A stretch of 64,000 bases of DNA. Origin: Eledone cirrhosa (Eukaryota). Below are positions 58,038-64,000 of the stretch, one piece after another. Position numbers and translations under genes: made by a program. The stretch lies in assembly GCA_964016885.1 (NCBI GenBank), contig OZ024749.1, forward strand, positions 37,820,001 through 37,884,000, given 5' to 3'. The stretch's first letter is position 1. Each line of letters begins with the position of its first letter. Under the pieces are notes generated by a model. It saw only the letters and a list, made by a program, of their open reading frames with translations, had not been told where the DNA came from and ran no database searches.

Positions 58038-58274
58038 CAGACCTGCCAACCTCTAAAAATCCAAATGGAGAGTAACATGAAAATAAAGTGCCCCTCCCCC
58101 TCCCCTCCCCTCCCCACACACACACACACACACAAAAAACGGGGAGAAATGAAGCGAAATGGTGAGATTTTACACAATGAAAGTTAGACCCATTTTCACA
58201 AGAGAAGACATCCCTCAGCCACCCCAAATTTGGCGGGAGATCACCCCGTCGGACGGGGAGAGTTGACAGGTCTG
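58038..58274. mobile_element. MITE with 13-bp terminal inverted repeats (hAT-like ends)
   Basis: CAGACCTGCCAAC ... GTTGACAGGTCTG with one mismatch. No clear target-site duplication. Confidence 0.6.
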
Positions 58275-58659
58275 TATAAAGAGCAGACCTAGGGTTAAAC
58301 AGTAAAACATGTAGATAAATGTCATTTTTTAAAAAAACCCACAGCAGAAATATCCTGTCAAAATGGAAAGTTGAGACTTGTGTTACAGTGTATAGAATTC
58401 TTGTAAAGAGCCCTGATCAGGTGTATAAATACGTACATGAATACATACATACATACAAAGATGCATATATATTTATACATACATACATGCATATATATTT
58501 ACATACATGCATATATACATATATATATAAACATAACCACTCTTGGAAGTTACAGTTACACATACATAGCATGCCACTAAATTAGTATTTTACAATAAAC
58601 ATACCACTACCATACCATAACTATATCGACACCAACATCACTACCAGCATAACACCACT

Positions 58660-59403
58660 ATACTACTACCGCCGCCGCCGCCACCACCACCACCACCGAC
58701 ATCACCCTCATCACCACTCCCGCCACCTCCTCCACCATCACCACTACCAACAATACTGTCACCATCATCACCACAACCAACACCAACACCAATACCAACA
58801 CCACAACCAGCAATAAATCCACCACCACCACCACCTCCACCAACACCACTACCGCCACCACCACCAACAAGACCACCACCACAACCACCAACACCAACAC
58901 CAGAATCACCACCACCACCGCCGCCACCACCACCACAACCACCAACACCAACACCAACACCACCAACACCACCACCACCACCAACACCAACACCGCTACC
59001 GCCACCACCCCCAACACCACACCACCACCACCACCACCAACACCACCACCACCACCACTACCGCCACCACTACAACCACTATCACCACAACCACCATCAC
59101 CAACACCACCACCACCAACACCACCACCACCACCACTACCGCCACCACTACAACCACCATCACCATAACCACCATCACCAACACCACCACCACCAACACC
59201 ACCACTACCACCACCACCAACACCACCACGCCACCACCACCGCCACCACCACCGCCACCACTACCGCCACCACTACAACCACCATCACCACAACCACCAT
59301 CACCAACACCACTACCGCCACCACCACCACCACCACTACAACCACCATCACCACAACCACCATCACCAACGCCACCACCACCACCACCACCACCACCACC
59401 AAC
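58660..59403. repeat. (ACC)n degenerate tract
   Basis: Direct inspection. Confidence 0.9.
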
Positions 59404-59889
59404 ACAGAAGCCAGTGGCCATGATGTGGCAAGTGTTTATAGCCGGGAGACACAAGATTACAGAACCGTGACGGTAGGGGGGGGGGGAGATGAATAGGTGG
59501 AGGGAAGGAGGGAGGAAGGGGAGAGTAGCCACGGTCTACTGCATAACAGAACAAACAATGAGACAATATTCTACTCCATCATCATCACTGTCGTCATCAT
59601 CATTATCATCATCATCATCATCATCAACAGCAGCAGCAGCAGCAGCAGCAGCATTACCCACTTCATCATTTCATCATTATAATCATCATCACCCATTTCA
59701 TCATCATCATCATCATCATCATCATTAACCTCATCATTAGCATCCTTCTCATCAGCAGCAGCAATTTCCTCATCATCATCATCATCAACATCAACATAGT
59801 CATCAACGAACGTGATGCTCTTGTAAATGAAAATGATGATGATGATGATTGGGAAAAATTGAAACAATGTGACAATAATTACGTTCCCT

Positions 59890-59997
<108 letters not shown>

Positions 59998-60644
59998 TAT
60001 ACATATATATATGGTGGCTGCCAACTCGTTTTCGAGTACGGCCACTATTTTATATCCATGTAGGAGAACCCCTACCGATGCGCTGAACGAGTGTGACTTT
60101 TTAGTCCAGCCAGCGACTTGAAAACTCTGGTACAAACACTACACTTGTGACAATCATTGACACATAGTGCTGGGCCCATGCTACCATGTGACAACAAGTG
60201 CAAAGAGATCTCCAGATATAAAGCAATGCCTGTGCCGAGAAGCTTTTATAGTGAGCAAAGGCACTGCACAAAGCCAGTCCCACTCTCTTAACCAAGATGA
60301 TATTTACCAAAAAGAAGAACAAGTCAACATCATTGGATACCATCAGGGTTGCAGGTGTTATATCAGAGTTTTCCTTCTCCTAGAATTCTGCCTTGACAAA
60401 GACTAAGGGGTCATCTCTCCCGGTGCTTTTGGATGGCCATTGACTCTTTAGAGCTCCTTTGCCCTTTGACAGGTTTTGTTTTTAGTCCTGCAGGATGTCA
60501 AAAGTCACCCTCCTCACCAAGAAACCTTGGTGGGGTTGCCAGTTTAGTCGCCAACGACCCGACCATGAGACAGGTTGTACTGGGATACATGTTACCAGTA
60601 GCACCAAGTGGTGACCTGACCTATATATATACATATATATATAG

Positions 60645-60710
<66 letters not shown>

Positions 60711-61033
60711 GGACATAATATGGACACATATATATATGCTTGCAAACCCCTCTCTATGTTGCTTTGAGAAGATGCATGTGAGATGTGTATATCAGACCCT
60801 GAAGGTATGACAAGTCAAGATGGCCACAGCCGAAATTGAAAACCTTACACAATGACCCGACGCTCTAATGATTCTGCCAATTTGCCGCTCAACCCTAACG
60901 TTACCATATTTCTAATGAAATACACTGCCCTCTATGGATTGCAAATAATGTTGAAAATAATCAAGTATTTGAAAAGATTTAATAAAATGGTTAACTTCCT
61001 CATCAAGGTGTGTGTAACATAACTTTCTGACAT

Positions 61034-61225
61034 TGGTGGATTGGCAGTATCGGTAGAGGGTCGGACGCCATGATTTGCGGCAAAGAGTTACGGCCCTTTA
61101 TGGTCTGAGTTCAAATCCCGCCGAGGTTAACTTTGCCTTTCATCCTTACGGGGGTCGATAAAATAAAGTACCAGTAATACACTGAGTTAATTGCTGGCCT
61201 TGTGCCAAGAGTAGAAACAATTATA
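61034..61225 (+). mobile_element. Full-length SINE
   Basis: A and B boxes, body and tail. Confidence 0.85.
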
Positions 61226-61591
61226 TTATGATGGAATGTTTTTAGATAGACATACAAGTTTCAATTCTTGTGTTACAATATTATCCATGAAAGATTCTGC
61301 TTTTGATTTTCATATAATTTTGAAATATAGTGTTTAGAATATAACTGTATATAGATTCTTCCGTAAAATTGCGATGGACTGTTTCTTTTTAGTTATTTAT
61401 ATATACACATATATCAAAGGTATATATTGAGTTAGAAACTCAAAATAGTCTCTTACAATAAAATAGCTCTAGGAAAGAGATTTTTCCGAGCCGTATATGA
61501 TAATTGAATATAAAAGAAAAACGAACACAGATATATACATATATGTGTTCAAATCGTAAGGGACCAACTTTGTTGTTATTATTTTCATTAT

Positions 61592-61975
61592 TGGCGGTGG
61601 ATTGGCAGTATAGGTAGCGGGTCGGACGCCATGCTTTGCAGCATAGAGTTACGGCCCTTTACGATCTGAGTTCAAATCCCGCCGAGGATAACTTTGCCTT
61701 TCATCCTTAGAGGATCGATAAATTAAAGTACCAGTCACGCACTGGGGTCGATTTGATCGACTTCCCCCTCCCCCAAAATTGCTAGCCTTCTGCCTATATA
61801 AGAAACCATTATTTTCAGCCAGACTTAGACGTATAGAGTTACGGCCCTTGCCATTCTGAGTTGAAATCCCGCCGAGGTTAACTTTGTCTTTCATCCTTAC
61901 GTGGTCGATAAAATAAAGTACCAGTAATGCACTGGGTATTTGGTGGCCTTGTGCCAAAAGTAGAAACAATTATTT
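61592..61975 (+). mobile_element. SINE dimer (long-tail unit plus headless short-tail unit)
   Basis: Units 61592-61815 and 61825-61975. Confidence 0.85.
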
Positions 61976-61996
61976 TCATTGTTAAATTAATACCTA

Positions 61997-62055
<59 letters not shown>

Positions 62056-62067
62056 ATATATATATAT

Positions 62068-62250
62068 AACGAAGGAAATGTGGTAAGGAACCAGGTGGGC
62101 CATAACGCACCAAAGTACTCAATACTTAGGGTAGTAGAGTGGGTAATAGGAACGAGTAGGACCCGACGGCTGAGCTCAAGCCGTTTCGTTGGACCAGAAT
62201 TAGCTGTCGAAACGGCTTGAGCTCAGCCGTCGGGGTCCTACTCGTTCCTA
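62068..62250. mobile_element. Family-A foldback element
   Basis: Tail plus inverted arms inside (TA)n. Confidence 0.75.
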
Positions 62251-62739
62251 TATACATATATATATATATATATATATGCATTTCAAAAGAGTTTTGTATT
62301 GTAAAAACCAAATGAAAAGGGGCTGTTTCATTTGGTTTCGTATGAAAAGTATTAAACACTAGAAAAGCAGAAGTAAATACAAACAAAAACAAAACAAAAA
62401 AAGAGAAAGTGCTCAACTTGCTTAACTTCAGCAGCTAATAATATAAACTAAAGGACATTATGAAAGACAATGTCTTCTATCGACACGCCTCACTATTAAA
62501 TATTCATGGTCGCTTCACTGATGCATTGCTAACTGTAGTCCCCAGAGCATCATAAATGGGTCACCATAAGGAGTTTTGTCCCTTTAGTTGTGCTCTTTCG
62601 GCTCAAGCCCTTCCTTTGTTTGTCCGGTCTGACTGTAGAACAATTAAAAGACATTTTGGTTTAAAATATTGGAGGCGGAACACTTCTTACATTGGTGTTC
62701 TATGGAAATGGTCAAAGGTTACGATAGATGGCACACGTT

Positions 62740-64000
62740 TGTGTTGGTGGCAGTTGCGGTGATTGTGGTGGTGGTGGTGGTGTTGTGGTGGTGGTGGTGG
62801 TGGTGGTGGTGGTGGTGGTGGTGGTGGTGGTGGTGGTGGTGGTTGTGGTGGTTGTGATGGTGGTTGTGGTGTTGGTGATGGTGATGGTGTTGTGCTGGTG
62901 GTGGTGGTGATGGTGGTGATGGTGGTTGTGGTGTTGGTGATGGTGGTGGTGTTAGTGGTGGTGGTTGTGGTGGTGGTGGTGGTGGTTGTGGTGGTGGTGG
63001 TGATAGTGGTTGTGTTAGTGGTGGTGGTGTTGGTGATGGTGTTGTGCTGGTGGTGGTGGTGGTGGGGTTGGTGTTGGTGATTGTGGTTGTGGTGTTGGTG
63101 ATGGTGGTGGTGTTAGTGATGGTGGTGGTGGTGGTGGTGGTGGTGGTTGTTGTGGTGGTGGTGGTGGTGGTTGTGGTGGTGATAGTGGTTGTGGTGTTGG
63201 TGATGGTGTTGTGCTGGTGGTTGTGGTGGTGGTGGTGGTGGTGGTGGTTGTGGTGTTGGTGATGGTGCTGGTGTTGTGCTGGTGGTGGTCGTGGTCGTGG
63301 TTGTGGTGGTGGTTGTGGTGGTGGTGGTGATGGTGGTTGTGGTGTTGGTGATGGTGATGGTGGTGGTGGTGGTGGTGATGGTGGTTGTGGTGTTGGTGAT
63401 GGTGGTGGCGTTAGTGGTGGTGGTTGTGGTGGAGGTGGAGGTGGTTGTGTTGGTGTTGTGTTGGTGGTTGTGGCGGTTGTGGTGGTGGTTCTGGTGATGG
63501 TGATGATGGTTGTGGTGGTGGTGACGGTTGTGGTGCTGGTGATGTTGTGTTGGTGGTGGTAGTGGTGGTAGTAGTAGTGATAGTTGTGGTAGTGGTGGTG
63601 GTTGTGGTGGTAGTAGTGGTAGTAGTAGTGGTGTTATTGCTGTTGTTGCTGTTTGCTGTGTTTGATGACGTTTGTGGTCATGTTGGTTTTGGTGGTTGTG
63701 TGTGTGTGGGGGGGGGGGTATTCCGTAATTGTTATGGTCATAGCAATGATAACGAGGATGGTTATGTTGATGATGAAGATGAAGAGGGGATGGTACTGTT
63801 GTGGCTAATGATGATGGTGGTGGTGGTGGTGTTAGTGTTATTGTTGTTACTCTTGTTGGTGGTGGTGGTGGTGGTTGTGTTGTTGTTGCTGATGGTGGCA
63901 GGTGCAGTTGTCATTGGTTGTGTTGGTGGTGGTTGTGATGATGGTTGTGGTTGTGGTGTTAGTGTTATTGTTGTTACTCTTGTTGGTGGTGGTGGTGGTG
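62740..64000. repeat. (GGT)n degenerate tract
   Basis: Direct inspection. Confidence 0.9.

Overview
This is AT-rich, microsatellite-saturated eukaryotic intergenic or intronic DNA. The SINE families suggest an octopus or other cephalopod (inference). No protein-coding gene is supported, and essentially all listed ORFs are translations of simple repeats. The recognisable parts are more than 25 copies of a tRNA-derived SINE (often in tandem arrays), a second SINE family, decayed RTE- and CRE-clade LINE 3' ends, a TIR MITE and a 5.7-kb (GGT)n-derived satellite with a 2135-bp internal period. The most striking signal is a set of at least five families of short elements inserted in (TA)n tracts. 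They share the layout (TA)n - inverted arm - variable spacer - arm - unique 80-100 bp tail - (TA)n, and the arms carry type-I hammerhead ribozyme motifs, so some insertions encode a hammerhead on both strands. One family (8 copies here) has a complete hammerhead with a U3:A8 compensatory core (UUGAUAA). These look like Penelope-like-element pLTR foldback products. Some spacers appear to be copied from neighbouring DNA.
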